From the NCBI GenBank assembly GCA_046595225.1, contig JBKJPJ010000072.1, positions 1 through 24,000 of the forward strand: DNA of 24,000 nt, given 5' to 3'. The notes beneath the pieces are model-generated. The model did no database searches. It had not been told where the DNA came from and was given only the letters and a program-made list of their open reading frames with translations. Shown piece by piece: positions 7,725-14,466 of this stretch (its first letter is position 1; every line of letters starts with the position of its first letter). Position numbers and translations under genes: made by a program. Origin of the DNA: Candidatus Saccharimonadales bacterium (GTDB taxonomy: Bacteria; Patescibacteriota; Saccharimonadia; Saccharimonadales; OMJO01).

Positions 7725-7962
7725 AACGCCAATAATAACACTCCGGATGAGTTATTGCCATTCTGCCACCCCGAGAGTAACAGATTGGATTCACGTGAAA
7801 AACGAACAAAATAAACACAAGGTTCCTGGCTAAACCCTTTGTACATTTCATTAAATTTTCGCGCACCTTGTTTTGCAAATCATGTCCACTTATTGTGTAG
7901 ACATCCACATATGTTTATTTTTGCTTTATAAGCATAACAAATACCCAACGCATATGTCAACA

Positions 7963-7991
7963 TTGACACGTGCAATAACAAATGGTATAAT
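7963..7991 (+). promoter_or_regulatory. Full-consensus promoter TTGACA-N17-(TGg)TATAAT, 8 nt upstream of ATG 8000
   Basis: TTGACA 7963..7968, 17-nt spacer, TGgTATAAT 7983..7991. No Shine-Dalgarno before ATG 8000. Confidence 0.7.
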
Positions 7992-7999
7992 AAAGCATA

Positions 8000-8638
8000 A
8001 TGAATCATCCTTCAGACCGCCAGCCGACAGCCGAAATTGAAGCCCAGTTACAAGGGTTACAGCCTTTATATGATCAGGCTGAGGCACTGCTTGATGCCAA
8101 TGTACAATTTATGGTTTCTCCAAGCGAGCTACCATCACCGTTTGCAACTCGAGCTTTGCTATTTACATCTGTTAAAGGTACAAGGGTTATGTTGGGCCAA
8201 GATATTTTGAACGGCGAAAATACAACTGAGATTAAGATGATTACTAACCCCGAACCTATAGAAGACAGTCCTTCGATTATCGCCAAGGAGAAAACGGTTA
8301 CAATTCAAACCGATCATGTGGGCACGGTTACTAGCTTTAAATATGAGGCAGACCTGGCAATTTACGTAGGGAAAAACCGTCTGCCGATATATGCCCGTGC
8401 TGGGTCGTTACTTATGGATGCCGTACTTGGTGCTGACTCAAAAGATCCAAACCACATGCGTGGCCTGCCTACCATAGAAGAACTACGCCGTGTAGGTGGG
8501 GGAATAACCGGAAAACCAGTATTTACTCAAAACCTGGCGAGCGAAATGCTGGACATACTACTCAGCCCCAATCAGGCAACCCTCCAGGTGATTCCTGAAG
8601 ACATTACAGCCCTGACAGCCCAAGAACTACATGCTTAA
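8000..8638 (+). CDS. Hypothetical protein, 212 aa
   Basis: Long ORF directly behind a consensus promoter. No motif recognised. The 3' end overlaps the convergent tsaD by 12 nt. Confidence 0.6.
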   Translation: MNHPSDRQPTAEIEAQLQGLQPLYDQAEALLDANVQFMVSPSELPSPFATRALLFTSVKGTRVMLGQDILNGENTTEIKMITNPEPIEDSPSIIAKEKTVTIQTDHVGTVTSFKYEADLAIYVGKNRLPIYARAGSLLMDAVLGADSKDPNHMRGLPTIEELRRVGGGITGKPVFTQNLASEMLDILLSPNQATLQVIPEDITALTAQELHA

Positions 8639-9688
8639 GTTGGGCATAATGCCTAAGGTATACGGATCAGCCACTGGTTGGCCTAACGTTGCTTTATAAC
8701 ACCCCAGCGCGGCAATCATAGCGCCATTGTCGGTGCACAATTTAGAGTCGGTATACAAAGCAGGCAAGGGGAGCCGGGCCGCTAATTGACGGCGAAGTTC
8801 AGGGCTACTTGCCACTCCTCCGCCAATTATTACACATTTAGGATGGTATTCATCATAGGCGAGGAGTGTTTTGTCGACTACTGTTTCTACAGCCACACGT
8901 TGGAAGCTGGCGGCAATATCAGCCTTCTGAGCCTCAGATAGCAGTTCAGCCAAGCCAAAAGACGGAAAATCGTGTCCGCGTCCACATTCTGTCTGGGCTA
9001 GCCGTAGGACGGCTGTTTTAAGACCGGAGAAGCTAAAGGCATACGGGGTGGCCATTTTAGCTTTAGGCAGCTTATATGCCAAAGGGTTACCTTGTAAGGC
9101 CAGCCAGCTAACACTCGGGCCGCCAGGGTAGGGAAGGCCCAGTATCTTCGCAACTTTATCAAAAGCTTCGCCAATAGCATCATCGTGGGTTTGGCCTAAC
9201 AATTTATAGTCAAAGTGATCTTTGAATAGTACCAACTGCGTGTGCCCGCCGCTGACAATGAGGCCTAACAGCGGAAACTCTGGCTGGTTGAGGGGCATAA
9301 CATAGCCAGGCAGGGCTGTTTCGGTCAAAAAGCTGGCATATAAGTGGCCCTCGACATGATTTATTGCATACAACGGCTTCTGTTTTGTAATAGCTAGGGT
9401 TCTAGCGGTCATCACGCCAATTAATAAACAGCCGCCCAGCCCAGCCCCATAGGTGACCGCAATGCCATCAATTTCATTCCAGGAACACCGAGCATCCGCT
9501 AAAGCTAGCTCAATAACAGGGACAATAGATTCAATATGGCTACGGGCCGCGATTTCCGGAACCACACCGCCGTACGCTACATGGAGATCCATGCTTGAAA
9601 ATACGGCATTCGAAAGCAACACCCGGCCGTCTTCTACTACTGCCGCCGCAGTCTCATCGCAACTGGTCTCGATTCCTAGAATTTTCAC
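8627..9688 (-). CDS. tsaD: tRNA N6-adenosine threonylcarbamoyltransferase TsaD (Kae1/Gcp family), 353 aa
   Basis: N-terminus MKILGIETSCDETAAAVV, HVEGH metal-binding motif, GGGVASS near the C-terminus, and family-typical length. GTG start at 9688 lies 6 nt after TGcTATTCT (complement of 9695..9703). Confidence 0.95.
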   Translation of the reverse strand: MKILGIETSCDETAAAVVEDGRVLLSNAVFSSMDLHVAYGGVVPEIAARSHIESIVPVIELALADARCSWNEIDGIAVTYGAGLGGCLLIGVMTARTLAITKQKPLYAINHVEGHLYASFLTETALPGYVMPLNQPEFPLLGLIVSGGHTQLVLFKDHFDYKLLGQTHDDAIGEAFDKVAKILGLPYPGGPSVSWLALQGNPLAYKLPKAKMATPYAFSFSGLKTAVLRLAQTECGRGHDFPSFGLAELLSEAQKADIAASFQRVAVETVVDKTLLAYDEYHPKCVIIGGGVASSPELRRQLAARLPLPALYTDSKLCTDNGAMIAALGCYKATLGQPVADPYTLGIMPNLSM

Positions 9689-9798
9689 CTTTTAAGAATA
9701 GCATTTATTACAGAACCTTAAGTTGCGCGCCGTACAACAAAAGTATGTAACAGTTGACAAAGAAAGCTCTTCCACCGGTCTAATAGCTTATGTTAAGC

Positions 9799-9838
9799 CG
9801 GTCCGAATCACGCTCTAATACGGACCGTGATTCTTTTT
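9799..9838 (+). promoter_or_regulatory. Candidate attenuator: two mutually exclusive hairpins, the second followed by T5
   Basis: Hairpin A is 9799..9805 (CGGTCCG) with 9821..9827 (CGGACCG), 7 bp. Hairpin B is 9805..9812 (GAATCACG) with 9826..9833 (CGTGATTC), 8 bp, followed by TTTTT 9834..9838. The two share nucleotides, so they cannot coexist. The element lies between the divergent tsaD and murE-like genes. Confidence 0.3.
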
Positions 9839-9870
9839 GGAAGCTATTCATGAAATAATAGTGCTTAAGT

Positions 9871-11172
9871 ATGGGTTTTAGAACACTGGTCAAAAAGTTT
9901 ATTCCAAAAAGAATGTTCAGGCTGGTTGAGCCGTGGGGCCACTGGTTAGAGGCATTATTCTTCAATATTCTGTATGGTTTCCCGGGCCGTGGCCTGAAAG
10001 TTATAGGGGTGACAGGAACCAACGGTAAAACTACCACCAGTTTTTTGATTTACACCATGTTGCAAACAGCCGGCCACAAAACTGGCTTGATGACCACAGT
10101 TGCGTATGGGGCAGGGGACGATATTAAGCCGCAAATGCATCATATGACCAGCGTAACGATGCCCGAATTTATGAAGCGGCTTAGATATATGCGACAACAA
10201 GGCGTGGAATGGTTGGTGCTAGAAAGTACCAGCCAGGCTTTGGCTCAGAACCGGCTTTGGGGGGTGCGTTACAGCGTGGCCGTATTGACTAACCTGACTC
10301 ACGAACACTTAGACTGGCATGGCACGTTCGAAAAATATCGTGATGCTAAGCGACTATTGTTCAAACGGGCAAAACACTACACCGGCGGCTTCCAGACCGG
10401 TATTATTAATGCCGATGACCCTAATGCTGACTTCTTTGCCAGCGACATTACGCATACTATTCTATACGGTCAGAAAAAAGGGGATTTATTAGCCTCACAG
10501 GTTAAATTGTCGGCTAGCGGCAGCCATTTTATGGCCGAGATTGGTGATGATGAATACCATATCACCTGTCATTTACCGGGAAGTTTTAATGTTTATAATT
10601 CGCTGGCAGCACTAGGAGTGGGACGGGTTGTGGGGCTGAGTAAGCGGCAGATTGAAGATGGTATTGCTGCATTGGACAACGTCGAGGGCCGGATGACCAG
10701 CATCCGTGAGGGTCAAGATTTTGAAGTGATTGTTGACTATGCTCATTCACCAGATTCTTTTGAGCAACTATTTAAAGATTTAAAGCCGGTGGTGCAGGGT
10801 AAGCTGATAGTGTTGTTTGGCTCAGCAGGGCGGCGTGATGAAGCTAAGCGGGCAATACAAGGACAATTGGCTGGTGAATATGCTGACGAAGTAATTATAA
10901 CCGAAGAAGATGACCGCGACATTGATGGAGTAGACATTATGAATCAAATTGCCGCTGGAGCAGAACAAGCCGGCAAAGTACGTAACACGGATCTGTTTTT
11001 GGTGCACGACCGTGCTGCGGCCATAACATTTGCGGTCGGCCGGGCGCACAGTGGCGACACGGTGTTGTTACTGGGCAAAGGGCATGAAAAGACCATCGAA
11101 CGAGCCGATGGCGAACACCCCTGGGATGAAATAGGTACCGCCCACGCAGCCATAAAGAATAGCCAACATTGA
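9871..11172 (+). CDS. murE: Mur ligase, MurE-like (UDP-MurNAc-L-Ala-D-Glu:amino acid ligase) with very short N-terminal domain, 433 aa
   Basis: P-loop VIGVTGTNGKTTT, LESTSQAL, NLTHEHLDWHG, DNVEGRM, DYAHSPDS and GSAGRRDEAKR follow the MurE order of motifs. The P-loop starts at about residue 46, whereas in E. coli MurE it lies after roughly 110 residues (from memory). Confidence 0.8.
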   Translation: MGFRTLVKKFIPKRMFRLVEPWGHWLEALFFNILYGFPGRGLKVIGVTGTNGKTTTSFLIYTMLQTAGHKTGLMTTVAYGAGDDIKPQMHHMTSVTMPEFMKRLRYMRQQGVEWLVLESTSQALAQNRLWGVRYSVAVLTNLTHEHLDWHGTFEKYRDAKRLLFKRAKHYTGGFQTGIINADDPNADFFASDITHTILYGQKKGDLLASQVKLSASGSHFMAEIGDDEYHITCHLPGSFNVYNSLAALGVGRVVGLSKRQIEDGIAALDNVEGRMTSIREGQDFEVIVDYAHSPDSFEQLFKDLKPVVQGKLIVLFGSAGRRDEAKRAIQGQLAGEYADEVIITEEDDRDIDGVDIMNQIAAGAEQAGKVRNTDLFLVHDRAAAITFAVGRAHSGDTVLLLGKGHEKTIERADGEHPWDEIGTAHAAIKNSQH

Positions 11173-11197
11173 CTATACCGCTTATATCTGTTAAAAT
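11169..11197 (+). promoter_or_regulatory. Promoter TTGACT-N17-TAAAAT, 9 nt upstream of ATG 11207
   Basis: TTGACT 11169..11174 overlaps the murE stop. TAAAAT is at 11192..11197. Confidence 0.5.
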
Positions 11198-11206
11198 ATA
11201 TCAAAG

Positions 11207-11494
11207 ATGAAGGAAGATAGCCCTACTAATTTAGACGATTCTAGCTTGGAAGATGCTTTGCATACCATTCCAACTACTGAAATCGTTGATTTTTATAATG
11301 AGCGTGCCACAGAGTTGGAAGAAGCCCAGCAGATGCTGCAGACTGAGATGGCTATGAGTATGGGTGATAATCTTTCAGTTGCTGAAAAACTAGCTGAAGC
11401 AAACCTTAAAGGAAGACTCGATGAAGTAAGGGCCCTAGAGGCTTATCTGCGAACCCGTAACCTTTCTTTCGATCCCGACACATTGTTCCAATAG
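11207..11494 (+). CDS. Small acidic helical hypothetical protein, 95 aa
   Basis: ORF behind its own promoter. The sequence is rich in E/D/L/A and looks coiled-coil. No family recognised. Confidence 0.5.
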   Translation: MKEDSPTNLDDSSLEDALHTIPTTEIVDFYNERATELEEAQQMLQTEMAMSMGDNLSVAEKLAEANLKGRLDEVRALEAYLRTRNLSFDPDTLFQ

Positions 11495-11496
11495 TA

Positions 11497-11525
11497 TTGA
11501 CTTTAAGTCAAAACTGAGTTATAAT
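11497..11525 (+). promoter_or_regulatory. Promoter TTGACT-N17-TATAAT for the 11562 gene (36-nt A-rich leader)
   Basis: TTGACT 11497..11502, 17-nt spacer, TATAAT 11520..11525. The leader ends ...aaaaaggttgccaaaATG. Confidence 0.65.
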
Positions 11526-11561
11526 GTACTAGTAATAATACAAAATAAAAAGGTTGCCAAA

Positions 11562-11843
11562 ATGTCTACACAAACTACTCCAGCTAAAAGAGCTGTGGAA
11601 ACACAAAATACAATTGATGAGCTTAGATGGGAAGCAAAAAGCCCAGAAGATCTTGCTTATGTTGAGGACGAGCAGAGCAAACATCACACCGAACGACAAG
11701 CTGCTATTGGAGGTCTTGCGACTGGTGTGACACGACTTGCAATTGATCATGAAGGTATCGTGCATGACGCTACAGCAGTCGAAGATTCGATCGTTCGTGG
11801 TGAAGAGCAAGGTGGCGCTAGCTCCGCTGGTCGTTTAAGCTAA
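11562..11843 (+). CDS. Small acidic hypothetical protein, 93 aa
   Basis: ORF bracketed by a consensus promoter and an intrinsic terminator. No family recognised. Confidence 0.55.
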   Translation: MSTQTTPAKRAVETQNTIDELRWEAKSPEDLAYVEDEQSKHHTERQAAIGGLATGVTRLAIDHEGIVHDATAVEDSIVRGEEQGGASSAGRLS

Positions 11844-11860
11844 ACACTCATTTTTGCTGT

Positions 11861-11890
11861 AAAAACAGTCCTGCGATGGGGCTGTTTTTA
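11861..11890. terminator. Bidirectional intrinsic terminator between convergent genes
   Basis: AAAAA-ACAGTCC-tgcgatg-GGGCTGT-TTTT. The 7-bp stem has one G-T pair and is flanked by an A-run (11861..11865) and a T-run (11885..11889). The T-run abuts the stop of the minus-strand gene. Confidence 0.6.
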
Positions 11891-12763
11891 ATTATCGAGG
11901 GTTAAAGAAGTGCAGCGGATGTAACCGCCGCCTTTGCCAAGTTCGGTGACATCAGGCGTAATAGTTTTAAGCCCGTATGACTCAATGGCTGCTTTGAGCT
12001 TGGGGGCGCGGGCGCTCATTATGACCGTTTCACCAGTAGATACCAGGTTGCAGGCAAAACCCTGGGTGGCTTCTGTGCGTGAGACAATGATTTTCTGAAT
12101 GGGCAAACTAGCAAGCAATTTGCGGCTTTGTGGCACAAAAGCTGCCGGGCAATAGGCAATTAGATTTGGTGTTATAACAGACACGGCGAGGTCAATATCG
12201 TAATAATAACTGTCAGGCCAGCCAGTATCTTTGTTGATAATCCGTTTCCCGAACCCAAACAAGCTGCGTTTAGGTATAGTTTGTAAACCGATAACTGTAT
12301 AGCCCAACAACCGTTCGATATGCGGCCAGGCCTCCATACTGGTGCGATAATTGCTACCCACAAATAACATATTGCCGCAGGGCAGGGCATCGCCTTGTCC
12401 GCTAAAGCGAAGATTTTCAGGCAAATGGAGAATTTGCTTACCTTGTTGCACAAGTACACGTTCGGCATAGGGTGTCTCGGCCTGCCTTTTGTTGGGGAGA
12501 ACTGACATCAATGCCTTTGTACCCCTGCAGAGTGCCCAATTGGCGGTGTAAACGCCATCTTGGCAATCTTTGGGAGCACGAACTTTGATGACGGTGACAC
12601 CGGCAGCTTCTAAGGCCTCTTGAATGGCCGTATGCTCTTTGATTGCCAGGTTTTTGTCAACAGGCAGCCGCGAATTCATATATGGGTTTATTGCGAACTG
12701 ATCGCTGAAGAATTCAGCACCCGACATCAGGATCGTTTGATTCATTTTTGTTTGCTTGGGCAC
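11888..12763 (-). CDS. Guanidino-group-modifying enzyme superfamily protein (amidinotransferase/DDAH/arginine-deiminase-related), 291 aa
   Basis: The N-terminal ILMSGAEFFSDQFAINPYMN resembles the (P)xxF..N..(N)xxM start of this fold. The C-terminal GKGGGYIRCTSLTL carries the family's nucleophilic Cys context (GGG.(I/V)(R/H)C). GTG 12763 lies 6 nt after TGcTACAAT (complement of 12770..12778). An alternative ATG is at 12745. Confidence 0.7.
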   Translation of the reverse strand: MPKQTKMNQTILMSGAEFFSDQFAINPYMNSRLPVDKNLAIKEHTAIQEALEAAGVTVIKVRAPKDCQDGVYTANWALCRGTKALMSVLPNKRQAETPYAERVLVQQGKQILHLPENLRFSGQGDALPCGNMLFVGSNYRTSMEAWPHIERLLGYTVIGLQTIPKRSLFGFGKRIINKDTGWPDSYYYDIDLAVSVITPNLIAYCPAAFVPQSRKLLASLPIQKIIVSRTEATQGFACNLVSTGETVIMSARAPKLKAAIESYGLKTITPDVTELGKGGGYIRCTSLTLDN

Positions 12764-12834
12764 GTCTCGATTGTAGCATTGTTGAAAGACTGCCGAAGAA
12801 ATAATTTGAGACGGAGTTGATCGGACTTTGGAGT

Positions 12835-13389
12835 CTACAGCTCTTCGTGTGTCTTAGGGGGGCGTATTTGAGGCAATGGCTCCAATTTGTAACCCGTTCT
12901 TGATAGGCCAAAGCGCATTTCTTGCATGCCCTTATAGCGCATTTCTTTTATTACCCTTTCATAATCTTCTTGATTACTAACTCGTACATATCCCCCCACC
13001 TGTGCACCGGCAGCAACACTTCGTTCTTCGCAAGGAATACCATGTAGACTACTTACCATAAATGATGGTACTCGTATGTCTCGTTCCATCTCATTTCCCT
13101 CAAAATCAATTCGGTTAACGGTGAACCGACTGAGAGGGTAGCCTGCTTTTACGGGAAGGGTAGGAATTATTGCACCATTTCGGAATCGATTCTTGGCATC
13201 CGGATGTTCGTCATAAATATGCATAACCACCCAACGCGTGTCAGGTTTATCGGGGTTGTGAAAGACACGTGGTTTACCACCTTGAAGTGCTACCCAGTCT
13301 TCCGGGGTGGGGTATAAATCCGTCCAATTTTTTTGGACTTCAAACTCTCCTATAGGTGGCGGTCCGTTATCTTGTAATTCTGCACTCAT
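12835..13389 (-). CDS. Hypothetical protein (ORFan), 184 aa
   Basis: Clean ORF with a TTTACA-N17-(TGt)TAAAAT promoter 7 nt upstream of the ATG. No motif recognised. My partial hand count puts its GC below that of the neighbours. Confidence 0.6.
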   Translation of the reverse strand: MSAELQDNGPPPIGEFEVQKNWTDLYPTPEDWVALQGGKPRVFHNPDKPDTRWVVMHIYDEHPDAKNRFRNGAIIPTLPVKAGYPLSRFTVNRIDFEGNEMERDIRVPSFMVSSLHGIPCEERSVAAGAQVGGYVRVSNQEDYERVIKEMRYKGMQEMRFGLSRTGYKLEPLPQIRPPKTHEEL

Positions 13390-13396
13390 AAACCAT

Positions 13397-13425
13397 ATTT
13401 TAACAGATAAAGCTTGATATGTAAA
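13397..13425 (-). promoter_or_regulatory. Promoter TTTACA-N17-TGtTAAAAT for the 184-aa gene (leaderless layout)
   Basis: Read on the minus strand: -35 TTTACA is the complement of 13420..13425 and -10 TAAAAT is the complement of 13397..13402, with TG at 13404..13405. There are 7 nt to ATG 13389. Confidence 0.6.
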
Positions 13426-13444
13426 TTAATATTTGTATATCTAC

Positions 13445-13472
13445 TTGATTTATTACGAAGTAACTATATAAT
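13445..13472 (+). promoter_or_regulatory. Promoter TTGATT-N16-TATAAT, facing the 259-aa gene about 200 nt upstream of its ATG
   Basis: TTGATT 13445..13450, TATAAT 13467..13472. It lies back to back with the minus-strand promoter, 20 nt away. Confidence 0.5.
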
Positions 13473-13576
13473 TGCGCATAAGGTTTAACCGATGCCATTG
13501 GTGTGTGGTTAAATTTATGTCGTTTCCTAGAGTCTATTGGATTCGGAAGCGAAGCACGTTGAGATTGCGAATTATT

Positions 13577-13630
13577 CACCTTGGTAGCAACGAATAACTA
13601 ATGCATTGGTTATTGATTGCCACCAAGGTG
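13577..13630. repeat. 54-bp near-perfect palindrome / long hairpin
   Basis: Arms 13577..13603 and 13604..13630 pair at 23 of 27 positions Watson-Crick, plus one G-T. Mismatches are at 13586/13621, 13591/13616 and 13592/13615. The centre is the palindromic ATGCAT. Confidence 0.85.
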
Positions 13631-13679
13631 GAGGCTATATCGGTCTATCCGATGAAAAATATTGTACGGGGGAAGCTGC

Positions 13680-14459
13680 ATGACACGAACTACCATTGCC
13701 AAAGAGGAGAAACGAGTTCTCGAAGAACTTGTAAGCCCTCTCGAAGCAACATGGATCAAGGTCAAAGCCATCATGGCTGTGGCTATTAAAACCGACGGTG
13801 ACGATCACCTGGATGACGCACGCGATGGACTCGAAGAACTTCTCGTTCACATCAACCGCAAGCTGGGGCTAAAGAAAAACGGAAAAGCTCGTCGTCAGAA
13901 GCAACACCGCAAGACGCAAAGCTCCATTCTACGCAGGATGACTAGTGGTGATCGGCTCGGCAAAACTCTCGAGTGCAAGAAGGCTCGGGATCACCGCCAC
14001 CGCTGCCACGAGTTGGCAACGCCAGCGGTAGACTGCGTATTTGGAGATGTTGAGCCATTGGTCTCACACACAAGTGTGATTGCCGACATGCTCGAACTTG
14101 CTCCTCGGGTTTGCGAGATCCACCCAGGATGCTGGACAGTTCAGGGGCCCAACGGGGGACCATCAGTATTTCTTCGTCCGAACGATTTTTACTTCGGCCC
14201 TCCTGCCGTTGTCGACTTCAGTGACGAAGAGGCGCATTTCCATGCAAACAATCATGGAGACGATACCTTCAACCCTTTAGGTACACCCGATGTGCTTTGC
14301 GTGAACTATCTTCACGTTCATCCGAACAGCAAAGTTTGGGAAGTCTTCGGACGCGATCCGAAATTTACTTTCCTGAATCCCGGGTTTTTCGTGCTCGAAC
14401 TTGGAGACGAAATCTCCGACTGCTCGACTGAAGTAGAGGACTTCTACTTCAAAGAGTAG
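13680..14459 (+). CDS. Cys/His-rich hypothetical protein (ORFan), 259 aa
   Basis: ORF-track 13662..14459 (TTG) trimmed to ATG 13680, which is preceded by GGGGGAAG, a Shine-Dalgarno-like purine run. The N-terminus is helical with a basic patch (KKNGKARRQKQHRK). The central and C-terminal part has CKKARDHRHRCH, CEIHPGCWTVQG, AHFHANNHG and LCVNYLHVHPN. Confidence 0.6.
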   Translation: MTRTTIAKEEKRVLEELVSPLEATWIKVKAIMAVAIKTDGDDHLDDARDGLEELLVHINRKLGLKKNGKARRQKQHRKTQSSILRRMTSGDRLGKTLECKKARDHRHRCHELATPAVDCVFGDVEPLVSHTSVIADMLELAPRVCEIHPGCWTVQGPNGGPSVFLRPNDFYFGPPAVVDFSDEEAHFHANNHGDDTFNPLGTPDVLCVNYLHVHPNSKVWEVFGRDPKFTFLNPGFFVLELGDEISDCSTEVEDFYFKE

Positions 14460-14466
14460 ACCTTGG

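Noticed and set aside
7745-7790. GGGTGGCA on the minus strand upstream of valS as a possible T-box element
   Set aside because: It is only a partial match to the T-box core (GGGUGGNACCGCG). No specifier-loop architecture is visible, and the only terminator-like hairpin lies upstream rather than downstream of it. The region is also much shorter than a T-box leader.
7572-7908. ORFs 7572..7814 (+) and 7711..7908 (-) in the valS start/upstream region
   Set aside because: They overlap the valS 5' end and promoter, and have odd composition and no start signals.
9799-9833. H-type pseudoknot interpretation of the A-B-A'-B' repeats
   Set aside because: The two stems would have zero-length connecting loops, which is sterically implausible. 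Alternative (mutually exclusive) hairpins are the simpler reading.
9780-10200. Minus-strand ORFs 9780..10037 and 9955..10200
   Set aside because: They are antisense to the murE-like gene and its leader. No motifs or start context.
11529-11810. Minus-strand 93-aa ORF mirroring the 11562..11843 gene
   Set aside because: The plus-strand frame has the consensus promoter and the terminator in the correct orientation. The minus frame is Cys/Phe/Ser-rich shadow sequence.
13518-13789. Small ORFs in the divergent control region (26-aa basic peptide at 13518..13598, 62-aa ORF at 13601..13789, minus ORF at 13635..13850)
   Set aside because: They run through the 54-bp palindrome or overlap the 259-aa gene out of frame. 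No SD or leaderless promoter context.
13719-14403. 12-nt direct repeats inside the 259-aa gene (CTCGAAGAACTT at 13719 and 13830; TGCTCGAACTTG at 14089 and 14392)
   Set aside because: They encode recurring LEEL and LEL peptide motifs in frame. There are only two copies of each and no regular spacing, so this is not a repeat array.
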